A model generated the notes under the pieces. That model had not been told where the DNA came from, did not search any database, and saw nothing but the letters and a program-made list of their open reading frames with translations. From an uncultured delta proteobacterium (lineage in GTDB: Bacteria; Desulfobacterota; Binatia; UBA9968), in the NCBI GenBank assembly GCA_963745035.1, contig CAVUVW010000026.1:1-64000 (forward strand): a DNA stretch of 64,000 bases, written 5' to 3'. Position numbers and translations under genes: made by a program. Positions 31,176 through 41,613 of the stretch are shown in pieces; position 1 is the stretch's first letter; the number at the start of each line of letters is the position of its first letter.

Positions 31176-32912
31176 ATGATTCAAACCAAAGGATTGACCG
31201 GAGCGCAAACCATGCTGCGCGTGCTCGCGAAAATGGGCGTGGAGAAAATCTTTGCGTCGCCCGGCTCGGAGTGGTCGCCGGTGTGGGAGGCGCTCGCCGA
31301 GCCCGGTGTCGAAGGCATGCCACAGTACCTGAGCACGCGCCATGAGGAAGTCGCCGTCGGCATGGCGAGCGGCTACGCCAAATCGACGGGCAAGCTGCCG
31401 GCGGTGATGATTCACACGACCGTCGGCTCGCTGCATGCGACCATGGGCATGCGCGGCGCGATCCGGGAGCAGGTGCCGATGGTCGTTTTCAGCGGCGAAT
31501 CGATCGGCTATGGCGAAGACGAAGGACCCGATCCAGGAGCTCAGTGGCTGGGGCATCTCTCCAATATCGGTGGTCCCGCGAAGCTGGTCGAGCAAACGGT
31601 TAAATGGAGTTTCGGTGTCAATAACAAAGCGATTTTGCCGGCGACCATCCAGCGCGCCTGCCAGCTCGCCATGGCGGCACCCAAAGGCCCGACCTTTGTT
31701 TCGCTCTCGATGGAGCACCTGTTCGATAAGATGATCAAGGACGTCCCCGGGGATCTTGGATTCGCGCCCGGCGCGACCGCCGATGCGAAAGGCATCGACG
31801 AGCTCGCGAATCTGTTGGCCGGCGCGAAGAACCCGGTGATCGTCACAGAAGATTCAGGCCGCACGGAGAAATCGGTGCATTGTCTAGTCGAAATCGCCGA
31901 GCTACTGGGCTGCGCGGTCGTCGAAACTCGCAGCACGGGCGCGCTCAACTTTCCGCGCAACCATCCGCTGCACAGCGGCTACGACCCGCGCAGGGCTCTA
32001 GCGGGCGCGGATGCGATTCTCTTGCTTGCGGTGATCGCGCCGTGGCATCCCGCTTCGGCCACGCCGTCGCCCGGCGCAACGGTGGCGATTCTCGATGAGA
32101 ATCCACTGCGCCACGATATGCCCTACTACGGCTACCAGGCGGATCTCTGCTTGACGGGTGAGATCGAAAGTTCGCTCGAGGCGTTGCTTGCCGCACTCAA
32201 AAAGAAAGTCTCCGCCAGTGACGCATCGCGCAAGCAGCGTGCGGAAGAAATCGGCAAGAAGAACAACGCGCAGAGAAAGGCGTGGCGCGATGAGGCACAG
32301 GCGCTCGGCAGCCAAAAGCCGATGGACACCCGCTGGGTGGCCCACGAGCTGAGCCAGGTCTTGCCGGCCGACGCGATGGTCGTCGAAGAGACGATCACCC
32401 ATCGTCTGGCGGTGCACCGCTATCTCGACGGCGTGAAGCCGGGATCCTATTTCGCCGGCTGCGTCGGCGGTTTGGGCACCGGCCTTTCGACCGCGCTCGG
32501 CGTAAAGTCGGCCAATCCGAAGCGGCCGGTGGTCTGCCTGATCGGCGACGGCTCTTTCAATTACGACCCGGTGCCGGCGGTATACGGTGCGGCGCAGGAG
32601 CACAACCTGCCGTTCCTCACGGTAATGTTCAATAATCAAGGCTATCTATCCCAAAAATCAGGTATTCCAAAATATTATCCGGATGGTTGGGCAGTCAAGT
32701 CGAAGAATTTCTCCGGCCTGCACATCGCGCCTTGTCCGGAATACGCGCAGATTATGAAGGCCTTCGACGGTTACGGCGAGAAGGTCGAAGAGCCGGGCGA
32801 AGTACGCAAGGCGATAGAGCGCGGCCTGCGTGCAGTTGCCGGCGGACAATCGGCGCTGCTCGATATTCGGTTGAAACCGGTCGAAGACATCGTCGAGCGA
32901 GGCGAAGGATAA
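31176..32912 (+). CDS. Thiamine diphosphate-dependent enzyme (acetolactate synthase/benzoylformate decarboxylase superfamily)
   Basis: RHEEVAVGMASGYA, GDGSF...FNN ThDP motif. Confidence 0.92.
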   Translation: MIQTKGLTGAQTMLRVLAKMGVEKIFASPGSEWSPVWEALAEPGVEGMPQYLSTRHEEVAVGMASGYAKSTGKLPAVMIHTTVGSLHATMGMRGAIREQVPMVVFSGESIGYGEDEGPDPGAQWLGHLSNIGGPAKLVEQTVKWSFGVNNKAILPATIQRACQLAMAAPKGPTFVSLSMEHLFDKMIKDVPGDLGFAPGATADAKGIDELANLLAGAKNPVIVTEDSGRTEKSVHCLVEIAELLGCAVVETRSTGALNFPRNHPLHSGYDPRRALAGADAILLLAVIAPWHPASATPSPGATVAILDENPLRHDMPYYGYQADLCLTGEIESSLEALLAALKKKVSASDASRKQRAEEIGKKNNAQRKAWRDEAQALGSQKPMDTRWVAHELSQVLPADAMVVEETITHRLAVHRYLDGVKPGSYFAGCVGGLGTGLSTALGVKSANPKRPVVCLIGDGSFNYDPVPAVYGAAQEHNLPFLTVMFNNQGYLSQKSGIPKYYPDGWAVKSKNFSGLHIAPCPEYAQIMKAFDGYGEKVEEPGEVRKAIERGLRAVAGGQSALLDIRLKPVEDIVERGEG

Positions 32913-32931
32913 AGTCTTGATGCTGCGGATC

Positions 32932-32959
32932 AAAAAGCCGGGCTTCGGCCCGGCTTTTT
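32932..32959. terminator. Rho-independent terminator (bidirectional)
   Basis: AAAAAGCCGGGC-TTCG-GCCCGGCTTTTT. Confidence 0.9.
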
Positions 32960-32997
32960 AGTTTCGTGCATCGGAAGGACCAATTCGCGGAGTTCCC

Positions 32998-33708
32998 ATG
33001 GGTGGCAGCTTCCATGATCGATTGGTCGCGACGCGCGACAAAAACCACAGTAAGGACCATCCTTTCTTCAATTTATGGGCGGCGGGTAAACTGACCAAAG
33101 AGCAAACCGCCTTTTATTGCACGCAACATTTCCATTACGTCGGCGAATATCTGAACTGGCTCGCTTACGAGGCGTCGCAAATTCCCAAGCGCGACGTCAA
33201 AGCCTACTTGTTCGAGAACCTCGGCGACGAAGAAAATCCCGACGATCGCCACCTCGACATGTTGAAAGACTATGTCGCGGCGAGCGGCATGGATCGCGAC
33301 GGCGTGGAAACGTCGGTGGTTTTGCCGGGCACGGATCAGTTGCAGAACTGGGGCTGGCGCATGGTTTACCAGCAACCGTGGCAAGCGGCCGTGGCCGGCA
33401 TGTTCATCGGTTTGGAATCGCAGTTCCTGGACATCTGCAAGAAAATCGTACCCGCCTTGCACAAGCACTACGGCTACAAGCCGCACGCGCGCGAAACTCG
33501 CTTTTTCGAAGAGCATGTCTACGCGGATGAAATTCACGGATCCAAAGGATTCGCGATCGTGGAGAAATACTGCGACACTCCTGAGCTAAAGGAACTCGCG
33601 CTAAAACAAGTCGAAGAAGCAACCGTCCGCCGCTGGCGCTATATGAACAGCATCTACTGGTACGCCTTGCACGGCAAGTTGGATGACACGCCGATGCCGC
33701 AGACATAG
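32998..33708 (+). CDS. Haem-oxygenase-like iron-containing redox enzyme (PqqC/TenA/CADD fold)
   Basis: HPFF, ENLGDEE...H, LESQ, HVYADEIH putative di-iron ligands. Confidence 0.82.
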   Translation: MGGSFHDRLVATRDKNHSKDHPFFNLWAAGKLTKEQTAFYCTQHFHYVGEYLNWLAYEASQIPKRDVKAYLFENLGDEENPDDRHLDMLKDYVAASGMDRDGVETSVVLPGTDQLQNWGWRMVYQQPWQAAVAGMFIGLESQFLDICKKIVPALHKHYGYKPHARETRFFEEHVYADEIHGSKGFAIVEKYCDTPELKELALKQVEEATVRRWRYMNSIYWYALHGKLDDTPMPQT

Positions 33709-33809
33709 GCTTTGATGCGGTCGATGTTCAATCCCCTCCCAACGAGAGATGAGGTAAGCCCAAGCCGTTTTGAATTTTCTTGCAGCAAAGCGGTTGAACG
33801 GCTTGAACG

Positions 33810-35012
33810 ATGACTGACCTTAAACACGGTCCTCTCGACGGCGTGCGTGTTCTCGATCTGACGCGCGTAGTCGCGGGCCCTTACTGTTCGATGTTCTTGG
33901 GCGATCTCGGCGCCGATGTCGTCAAAGTCGAGCAGCCGGGTTCCGGGGACGATACGCGCGGTTGGGGACCGCCGTTCACGGGCGGTGAAAGCGCTTACTA
34001 TCTTTGCATCAACCGCAATAAACAGAGCGTAACGCTCGATTTGAAGTCTCCGCGCGGGGTCGAGTTGCTGCGTGAATTGGCGAAAGCGGCTGACGTGCTC
34101 ATTGAAAACTTTCGCCCCGGCACCATGGAGCGCCTCGGTCTCGGCGAGAAGGAACTGCGCGCGCTCAATCCGCGGCTGATCTATGCGTCACTCACCGGTT
34201 TCGGCGCCGATGGGCCGATGAGCGACTGGCCCGGTTATGACTTGATCGTGCAGGCGTGGGGCGGACTCATGAGCATCACCGGCACTCCTGATGGCGAGCC
34301 GGTGAAGGTCGGCGTGGCGATCATCGATCTCGTCGCGGGACTGATGCTCGGCAAGGCGATTACCGCAGCGCTCTTCGCGCGCGAGAAAATCGGTGTCGGC
34401 CAGCGCATCGATACTTCCTTGCTCGAAGCCGAAGTCGCTTCACTGATCAACGCCGGCAGCAATTATCTCGTCGGGGGCAAGATCCCGACCCGCTGGGGCA
34501 ATGCGCATCCGAACATCGTGCCCTATCAAAATTTCAAGACGGCCGACGGCTATCTGGTCATCGGCGTCGCCAGCGAGGTGATCTGGAAGCGCTTCTGTGC
34601 CGCAGTCGGGCGAGAGGCATTGGCCGAGGATCCGCGCTTCCAAAACAATTCCCAGCGGGTCGAACATCGCGCCGAACTGATCGCGCTGCTGTCGGAAATG
34701 TTTATACAACGCGATAATGAAACTTGGTTTAAATTATTGACTGGAGCTGAGGTTCCATGCGCGCCGGTGCAAAGCATCGAGCAAGTTTTTCAAGCTCCGC
34801 AGGTCTTGCATCGCGACATGCTGTTGGAAGTCGATCATCCCACGGCAGGCAAAGTGCGCATGGCAGGGATCCCGGTAAAATTCTCCGAGACACCGGGGTC
34901 GGTTCGACGACCGCCACCCTTGCTCGGCGAGCACAACGAAGCCGTTCTCAAAGATTGGCTCGGCATGAGCGCAACGAAGATCGACGAGCTCAAGAGAGAT
35001 AAGATCATATGA
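33810..35012 (+). CDS. CoA transferase family III (CaiB/BaiF)
   Basis: PLDGVRVLDL, GADVVKVE, NRNK, ENFRPG, GYD. Confidence 0.95.
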   Translation: MTDLKHGPLDGVRVLDLTRVVAGPYCSMFLGDLGADVVKVEQPGSGDDTRGWGPPFTGGESAYYLCINRNKQSVTLDLKSPRGVELLRELAKAADVLIENFRPGTMERLGLGEKELRALNPRLIYASLTGFGADGPMSDWPGYDLIVQAWGGLMSITGTPDGEPVKVGVAIIDLVAGLMLGKAITAALFAREKIGVGQRIDTSLLEAEVASLINAGSNYLVGGKIPTRWGNAHPNIVPYQNFKTADGYLVIGVASEVIWKRFCAAVGREALAEDPRFQNNSQRVEHRAELIALLSEMFIQRDNETWFKLLTGAEVPCAPVQSIEQVFQAPQVLHRDMLLEVDHPTAGKVRMAGIPVKFSETPGSVRRPPPLLGEHNEAVLKDWLGMSATKIDELKRDKII

Positions 35013-35467
35013 CGGGTAAAACTTTCGAGGAATTTCATGCCGGCGATCGCTACAGCACGGGGCGGCGGACGATCACGGAGCACGATATTTTGCAGTTCGT
35101 CACCCTCGTCGGACTCACAGAGCCGTTGTTTCAGGACATGGAGTATATCCGCAACGAAAGCCTTTATGGCGAGCGCATCGCGCCGGGCAGCCTGACCTTT
35201 GGCATGGCTGAAGGCTTGACCGTGCAGACCGGGCTCATTCACGGCACAGGCCTGGCGTTCGCGGGCCTCGACAAGATGCGCCTGTTCGGTCCCGTCAAAG
35301 TAAACGACACGATCAACGTCGAGATCGAAGTGCTTGATACCAAACCCATTCCGGCGCGCGGGGGCGGCATCGTGCGCTATCGCCAGTGGGTCAAGAACCA
35401 GCGCGGCGAAACGATAATGGAATACGACGTGGCACGGCTGATTCGGGGAAAACCAAGTAAGGAGTGA
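35009..35467 (+). CDS. MaoC-like hot-dog fold dehydratase
   Basis: FEEF..GD...RRTITE, ERIAPG, PVKVNDTI. Confidence 0.88.
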   Translation: MTGKTFEEFHAGDRYSTGRRTITEHDILQFVTLVGLTEPLFQDMEYIRNESLYGERIAPGSLTFGMAEGLTVQTGLIHGTGLAFAGLDKMRLFGPVKVNDTINVEIEVLDTKPIPARGGGIVRYRQWVKNQRGETIMEYDVARLIRGKPSKE

Positions 35468-35539
35468 CTCGTCAGTAGTTAGGAGCGCGGACTCAGAGGG
35501 CTAACTCCTCACTGCTCACTCCTGACTCCTAACTTCGTT

Positions 35540-36491
35540 ATGACAAAATTCGGTATTCTTCTGCCTACCCGCGAGGTAGTTCTCTCGGGTAGGGCCGATC
35601 CGAGCAGCATCTACGATCTCGCAGACCGCGCCGAGACGCTCGGATTCCATTCCGTTTGGGTCGGCGACAGTGTGGTCGCCAGGCCGCGTCTCGACGCGCT
35701 CACGACCCTTGCCGCCGTCGGCGCGCGTACCCGGCGCATCCGCCTCGGTACGGCGGTCTACCTCGCGGCGCTCAGAAATCCCGTGCTGGTCGCCCACATG
35801 GTCGGTACCGTCGATTGGCTGAGCCGCGGCCGCGTCGATCTCGGCATCGGCTACGCCCGCCCTAACGATCCCGTGCAGGAGCACGAATATAGAGTTCTCG
35901 GCCACGATCCCTCCAAACGGATCAAGATGAGCGAGGAACTGGTCCACATTATTCGCAAGCTGTGGCGCGAAAACGACGTGACTTACGCGGGCAGTTTTTC
36001 CAAATTCGAGCACATCACGGTAGAGCCCAAGCCGATCCAGCCGGGCGGCGTGCCGATCTGGCTCGCTTCGAACAACGTCGAGCCTGGTCTGAAACGGGTT
36101 GCGCGCATGGGCGACGGATGGCTCAACAACATCACCGATCCGAGAGTCTACAAAGAGTGTCTCGGAAAGATTCGAGCTTACGCCGCCGAGGCAGGTCGCG
36201 ACCCGGAAGCGATCGAGCCGGGACTCTATTTCACTCTTGCCGCGGGCGGCCAGCAGGCGATTGCGAAGGGCAGAAATTCTTATCCCAATACTACAACCGC
36301 CCTACGAATCCGTCGCCAAAGCGATGGTTTGTGTTATGGGAAGCTGGGAGCAAGTGCTGGATCACATGCAGGATTACATAGAGGCGGGAGCGCGTACCCT
36401 CGTGCTGCGCTTCGCGACCAGCGATCAAATCCGCCACTTAGAATCATGTGCCGAGCACCTATCTCGCCGCGGGTTCCTACCAGTTCCTTAA
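35540..36491 (+). CDS. LLM class flavin-dependent oxidoreductase, frameshift near 36270-36300
   Basis: SVWVGDS, LSRGRVDLGIG, PKPIQPGGVPIW; C-terminus in ORF 36099-36491. Confidence 0.88.
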
Positions 36492-36573
36492 TCGACTACG
36501 GTCTGCGGAAGTAGAGCTATGAAGGACCTCCGGCGCCAGCCAAAGAGTTCTGATCTGTCGCGACTCGTGTTTC

Positions 36574-36717
36574 CGTCATTCCGGTGCACGCCGGGCCTTA
36601 TCGTCACCCCGGTGAAAACCGGGGTCCATCCCCAATCTCTTTAATCTGGATACCGTTTTTCAACGGTATGCCGGGGCGCTATCCGCCACCTGGATGCCGG
36701 TTTCCACCGGCATGACG
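36574..36717. repeat. Nested REP-like element (CGTCATTCCGG...CCGGCATGACG)
   Basis: Two left ends (cgtcattccgg, cgtcaccccgg) and two right ends (tggataccg..cggtatg, tggatgccgg..ccggcatgacg). Confidence 0.7.
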
Positions 36718-36797
36718 AATGCTCGCTGTGGCGCGAGTCCTACGGTTCTGACTATTTGCAGGGGAGATTAGACTCTTTAGCGAGGAATTTCGATGAA

Positions 36798-36828
36798 TGT
36801 AGGGGCAGGTTTCAAACCTGCCCCTACA
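36798..36828. repeat. GTAG-class REP palindrome
   Basis: TGTAGGGGCAGGTTT-C-AAACCTGCCCCTACA, perfect 15-bp arms. Confidence 0.85.
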
Positions 36829-36844
36829 CGGGTGCAAGTCGGAT

Positions 36845-39073
36845 CTACGATTTGTTCAGGGCTCCATAAATCTTTTCCGACGTAAGCGGCAGATCGAGCA
36901 AGCGGACGCCGACGGCGTCCTGGATAGCGTTGGCGATAGCCGCCGCTGTCGGAACATTTGGAATTTCCGCGATCGCTTTGCCCTGATACGGCGTAGGCCC
37001 TACGGCGTCCTCCATCAGGACGGTCGTGAGCTTGGGCACGTCGGCGATGGTGGCCATTTTGAACTCGCCGAGATTGGCGGTGGGCATTTTCCCGTCTACC
37101 AGGGAATTGTCTTCCATTAAGGCGAAGCCGAGACCGGTGATCACGCCGCCGTCGATCTGTCCGGTATAGCTCAGATGGTTCAAGACGGTGCCGGAGTCGT
37201 GCACCGTGGTCAACTTTTTCACTCTGGCTTGGCCGGTGCCGGGATCGACTTCGACTTCCGCGACCTGCGCCGCAAACGAGGTGATCGGAGCGCGCGAGGG
37301 CTCGTAGACACTCAAGTGCGTGAGCACGCCGCCATTTTGCTCGACGGCGAGGCGCATCAGCTCCGTGAACGGCATCGCCTTTCGTTCGGGAGCCGCATAG
37401 CGGCCGTTTGCGGACTTTATATCTTCGGCGTTGCAGCCCAGGCTCGCTGCGGCAAGAGCGATGATCTTGCTCTTGATCTCCGTAACCGCCTGATAGGCGG
37501 CGGTGCCGACGCTGTTGGTCGACTTGCTGCCGCCGGTGCCGGAGTCGAATGGTGAGGTGTCGGTATCGGCGACGCGAACGTGCACGCGCGCCATCGGGAC
37601 ATCGAGTACCTCGCTGACGATCTGCTGGACGACGGTGTGAATGCCGGGTCCGACGTCGGGCACACCCAAATCCACATTCACATCGCCACCGGCTTCGATC
37701 GTGATCGCCGCGCCGGACTTGCCCGCGCCCGAAGGGCGCTCGTAGACGGCCACGCCGCGGCCGATATTTTTCCCCTTGGGTTTGATCCAGCCGGCGGTGT
37801 CGAGAGCTTTCTTGAGAGTCTCCTTGACGACGATGCCTTTGAGCTTTTGCCCGAACGGCGTCGGCTCGCCGTCGTCGAGTAAATTTTTCATGCGGAACGC
37901 CACCGGATCCATGCCCAGCTCCCCGGCGATGATATCCATGTGCGATTCGACGGCAAAGGTTGTCTGCGGGCTCCCCGGCGTGCGCGTCTGCGTGCACGGA
38001 ACCTGATTGGTGTAGGCGCAAAGGGTCTCGACCTGGATCGCCGGGATGCGGTAATAGCTCGCCGCGCGGCGCGGTCCCTGTACCGTCACTTCGGCGTTGG
38101 CTTTGAGCGCCGCGTAGCCGCCGCCGCTAAAGACCGCGCGCACCTGCATGGCGCAAAGCCTGCCGTCGCCGTCGACGCCGGTGCGCAGCGTGATGACCGC
38201 GGGATGGCGATGCGAGACGGCGGTGAGCTCCTCGGTGTATTCGAGAACCATGCGCACCGGCTTGCCGGTCTTCTTGGCGAGAAAATAGCAAATCGGCGCT
38301 TCGGTGACCGAGGTTTTGCCGCCGAAGTCGCCGCCCACCGGAAGAATATGGACTTTGACGTTCTCCTCTTCGAGGCCGAGATCGCGCGCGAAGCGGCTGC
38401 GCAGCGTAAACGGCGCTTTGTTCGACGCCCAGATTTCTACCCGGCCGTCGGCGTTGATCTGCACCGTGCAGGCGTGCGGCTCGATATAGCCGTGAAAGCC
38501 TAGCGGCGTGCGAAAAATATGCTCGAAGATTCGCGCGGCCTTTTGAAAACCGGCTTCGAGGTCGCCATTGGACCACTTGCCGTAGGACTGCACGTTGGGC
38601 AGCTCGATCTCTCGCTCCGGCGCGTTTTTGTAGCCGGCGGGATTCTCATGCAGAAGCGGCGTTCCGGGACGAATCGCTTCCAGCGGATCGGTGACGAAAG
38701 GAAGCTCTTGGTACTGCACATCGATGAGGCCCAACGCCTCCTCGGCGATATCATCGCTGTCCGCCGCCACCGCGGCGACGGGTTCGCCGGCGTAGCGCAC
38801 GCGCTCCTGCGCCAAAAGAGGCATGTCCTTCATTCGCAAGCCGACCATCACGCCCGCCACGTCGGCGCCGGTAATGATCCCGCGCACGCCCGGCAGCCTG
38901 GCGGCCTTGCTCGTGTCAATGCCGAGTATGCGCGCGTGAGGCAGTGAGGCGCGCAGCATCTTCGCCGAGAGCGCGGCGGGAAAGGGCAGGTCGGCGGCGT
39001 AGCGCATATTGCCGGAAACTTTGTCCGCGCCCTCGATGCGCGGCACTGCTCTGTTTACGCTTTTGTAGGCCAT
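36845..39073 (-). CDS. Xanthine dehydrogenase family molybdopterin-binding subunit
   Basis: PHARI, YIEPH, VGGDFGGK, QIDGG, KAIAE. Confidence 0.93.
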   Translation of the reverse strand: MAYKSVNRAVPRIEGADKVSGNMRYAADLPFPAALSAKMLRASLPHARILGIDTSKAARLPGVRGIITGADVAGVMVGLRMKDMPLLAQERVRYAGEPVAAVAADSDDIAEEALGLIDVQYQELPFVTDPLEAIRPGTPLLHENPAGYKNAPEREIELPNVQSYGKWSNGDLEAGFQKAARIFEHIFRTPLGFHGYIEPHACTVQINADGRVEIWASNKAPFTLRSRFARDLGLEEENVKVHILPVGGDFGGKTSVTEAPICYFLAKKTGKPVRMVLEYTEELTAVSHRHPAVITLRTGVDGDGRLCAMQVRAVFSGGGYAALKANAEVTVQGPRRAASYYRIPAIQVETLCAYTNQVPCTQTRTPGSPQTTFAVESHMDIIAGELGMDPVAFRMKNLLDDGEPTPFGQKLKGIVVKETLKKALDTAGWIKPKGKNIGRGVAVYERPSGAGKSGAAITIEAGGDVNVDLGVPDVGPGIHTVVQQIVSEVLDVPMARVHVRVADTDTSPFDSGTGGSKSTNSVGTAAYQAVTEIKSKIIALAAASLGCNAEDIKSANGRYAAPERKAMPFTELMRLAVEQNGGVLTHLSVYEPSRAPITSFAAQVAEVEVDPGTGQARVKKLTTVHDSGTVLNHLSYTGQIDGGVITGLGFALMEDNSLVDGKMPTANLGEFKMATIADVPKLTTVLMEDAVGPTPYQGKAIAEIPNVPTAAAIANAIQDAVGVRLLDLPLTSEKIYGALNKS

Positions 39074-39192
39074 TGATACTCCGTCACTTGGCTGTTGATG
39101 TTAGCGTCGCCGTGAAGGTCTCGGATTAGGGTCGAGGATAGAGGATGGAGGATCGGCGGCCAACGATCGTCTATCCTCGATCATCAACCCGT

Positions 39193-40173
39193 TTAAATCT
39201 TGACCTTCGTAAACACTTTCAACGGGTTCGTCTGAAAAATCTTCCGCTTGTCCTCAGCGCTCAAAAAAGCGAGGCCGTCGATCACCGGAATCATATCATC
39301 GGACGCCTTGCCGTTGTCGGGCCGGATCGCGCCGCCCGAGCCGGGCGATTCGGTGCCGAAGAGCATCTGATCGACGCCGCGCTGCTTGATGGCGGCTTCG
39401 AGATAGTGTTCGTCGTAGCAGCACGCGTCATAAAAGAGATTGCCGTTAAGACCAGCCTTGCCAACGTGGTGATCGGTGGGGATGAAGCGGTTCAAGCCGC
39501 CGCCGCAGTGGCAGATGACGATTTTCAACTTGGGAAACGCTTCGAAGACCTTGCTGTGCGAATAGAGCTGCATGGCGACGAACTCTTCGAGATAATTATT
39601 CATCTGATAATTCGCCGGAATGATTTCCAGGCGCTTGTCGTACGTAATCGATGGATGGATCATCAGCGGCACGTCGAGCTGGACGGCTTTTTCATAGAGC
39701 GGATACCAGTACTCCTCGTGCACGCCGGGCGTCTGCTTGTCGCCGGCGGGATCGGGATTGAGGTACGCGCCGACGAAGCCCAGCTCCTTCACGCATCGTT
39801 CCAACTCACCGACGCAGTTGCGCGTGTCTTTCTCCTTCGACTGCGGTAACTGCGCCATGCCGCGAAAGCGATCAGGATGGAGCTTGACGATGCGCGCAAT
39901 CACGTCATTGACCGTGCGGCACCAGAAGTCTTGCAGAAACGGCCGCATCCAGTGCCACATGGCGATAGGCCGCGGGCCGATGAGCTGAATATCGATGTCG
40001 CGGTCGTCCATGAATTTCAAATGGCGCTGCTGGGCATTATCCAGCTGCTCATCGGTCATATCGAGCTTGCGGCCGGGCGTGTTCTGCGCGACCGTTTCGG
40101 CGAGGAACTGGCGAAACGGCGCAGGCGTGGTCATGTGACCGTGCACGTCGACGACTTTGTATCCGTTGTACAT
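39193..40173 (-). CDS. Amidohydrolase_2, 4-oxalomesaconate hydratase (LigJ)-like
   Basis: DVHGH, ELERCVKELGFVG.YLNPDP, YWYPLYEK, HCGG, LFGTE.PG. Confidence 0.8.
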   Translation of the reverse strand: MYNGYKVVDVHGHMTTPAPFRQFLAETVAQNTPGRKLDMTDEQLDNAQQRHLKFMDDRDIDIQLIGPRPIAMWHWMRPFLQDFWCRTVNDVIARIVKLHPDRFRGMAQLPQSKEKDTRNCVGELERCVKELGFVGAYLNPDPAGDKQTPGVHEEYWYPLYEKAVQLDVPLMIHPSITYDKRLEIIPANYQMNNYLEEFVAMQLYSHSKVFEAFPKLKIVICHCGGGLNRFIPTDHHVGKAGLNGNLFYDACCYDEHYLEAAIKQRGVDQMLFGTESPGSGGAIRPDNGKASDDMIPVIDGLAFLSAEDKRKIFQTNPLKVFTKVKI

Positions 40174-40222
40174 GGTGCCTCCTTACTGTGGTAATTCTCA
40201 ATTTGTCCGAGTGTTCAAATTG

Positions 40223-40306
40223 TGTCATGTCGAGCGCAGCGAGAGATCTTTCTCCATTCTTTTAATCGGTTTCTAAGAAAGATTTCTCACTTCGTTCGAA
40301 ATGACA
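40223..40306. repeat. REP/MITE-like element TGTCATGTCGAGCG...CGTTCGAAATGACA
   Basis: Terminal IRs, same architecture as 31005-31112. Confidence 0.75.
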
Positions 40307-40332
40307 GGTCGGTCGTTATTCGCCGTTCTCAA

Positions 40333-41545
40333 CTAATCTTCCTCCGGCGCCGCCACTTGATGCTTTAGATAAATTTCCTTTCGTTCCTGCGCCGATTGCA
40401 TGAGCGCGAGACAGACCTCCAAGGTCGCCATGCCCCACGGGCCGGTATGGCGGATCGGTTTGTCGAGCACGACGGCATTGTAAAGCTCCATCAGCTCGCC
40501 GCGCCGCGACGGTCCGCCGCCGCCGATCAGCGGCACGTCCTTCGTGCCCTCGTCGCTGTGGACGAATAGACCGTACTGCGACTGGCGGATGTCGCCTTTC
40601 TCGCAGGTCGCGACGAGGATGCCGAGATCATTGGGCAGCCAGGGTTTGGCTTTGCTGCGGTCGCGGACCTCGCGCTCGTGCGCGCCGCCGATGCGCATTG
40701 CATCCTTGTCGGCGTTTTCGTTGCGCGTGCCGTCCAGGAGCGACTTTGCGGATCGCCGCGCGCTCGGCTTCGCTGTAGCGGCTGTTCTGCCCGCCCCAGG
40801 GGACAAGCTCCGAGGCGAGAAAGTAGCCATAGCCGTTGTGCATCAAAGTCGCCGGCGTGCCGTCTTCGAATTCCATAAAGCCGGAGTAGTAGCCTGGGAT
40901 CGGGCGGCCCTTGAACCATTTGCCCGTGGCACCCCGGACGCTGCGCACGAGACCGCCGCCGAGCAGGCGCAGGGTATCGATCTGATGCGGCCCCTGGCGG
41001 TAGGGCACACCGCCGCCCTGGTTGACGTCCAATTCCTCGGCCGTGCGCGGCCGCAGCATCCAATCGGTATATGCCCAGACGTGAAGCGCGCAGAGCGGGC
41101 CCAACTCGCCGGAGCGGATGAGCTTGCGCATGGTGCGGATATGCGGGCCGAAGCTCTGGGTGTGGCCGCAGAGAAGCTTGATTTTGTTTTTAATCGACGC
41201 CTCGATCATCTGCTCGGCTTCGCGCAGCGAAATCGCCATGGGCTTTTCGACGACGACGTGTTTGCCGGAGTTCGCGGCTATGATCGTGTGCGGCGCGTGA
41301 AATCGATTGGGCGTAGACACCCAGACCGCTTCCACGTCGGGGTCGGCGCAGAGCTTCTCGACGCTGTCATAAGTCTTGGCGCCATAGCGTTCCCGAAAAG
41401 TCTCCAGCACTCGCGGATTGACGTCAGCGGCGGCGACCAAGTCAAACTCCGGCATCTGCTCCATCGCCGGCAAGATCTCCGAGGCGCCGACGCCGATGCC
41501 GACGATGCCCAGCTTCAGTTTTCTTCCAGGCGTTGCCGTTTCCAT
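40333..41545 (-). CDS. Gfo/Idh/MocA oxidoreductase (phthalate cis-dihydrodiol dehydrogenase-like), frameshift near 40745
   Basis: GIVGIG, STPNRFH, EKPMA, YTDWMLRPR..EELD, RQGPHQID; C-terminal WGMATLEVC in the second frame. Confidence 0.87.
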
Positions 41546-41613
41546 GGGTGAAATCCAGGCGATTGAGGTCCTACTTAATAAGGGAATGGGTCGTCCTGTC
41601 AAGCAATGAAAGT

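Noticed and set aside
3400-40745. Programmed frameshifting in the split core genes
   Set aside because: Breaks are scattered single-base indels in unrelated enzymes with no shared slippery motif; sequencing error is simpler
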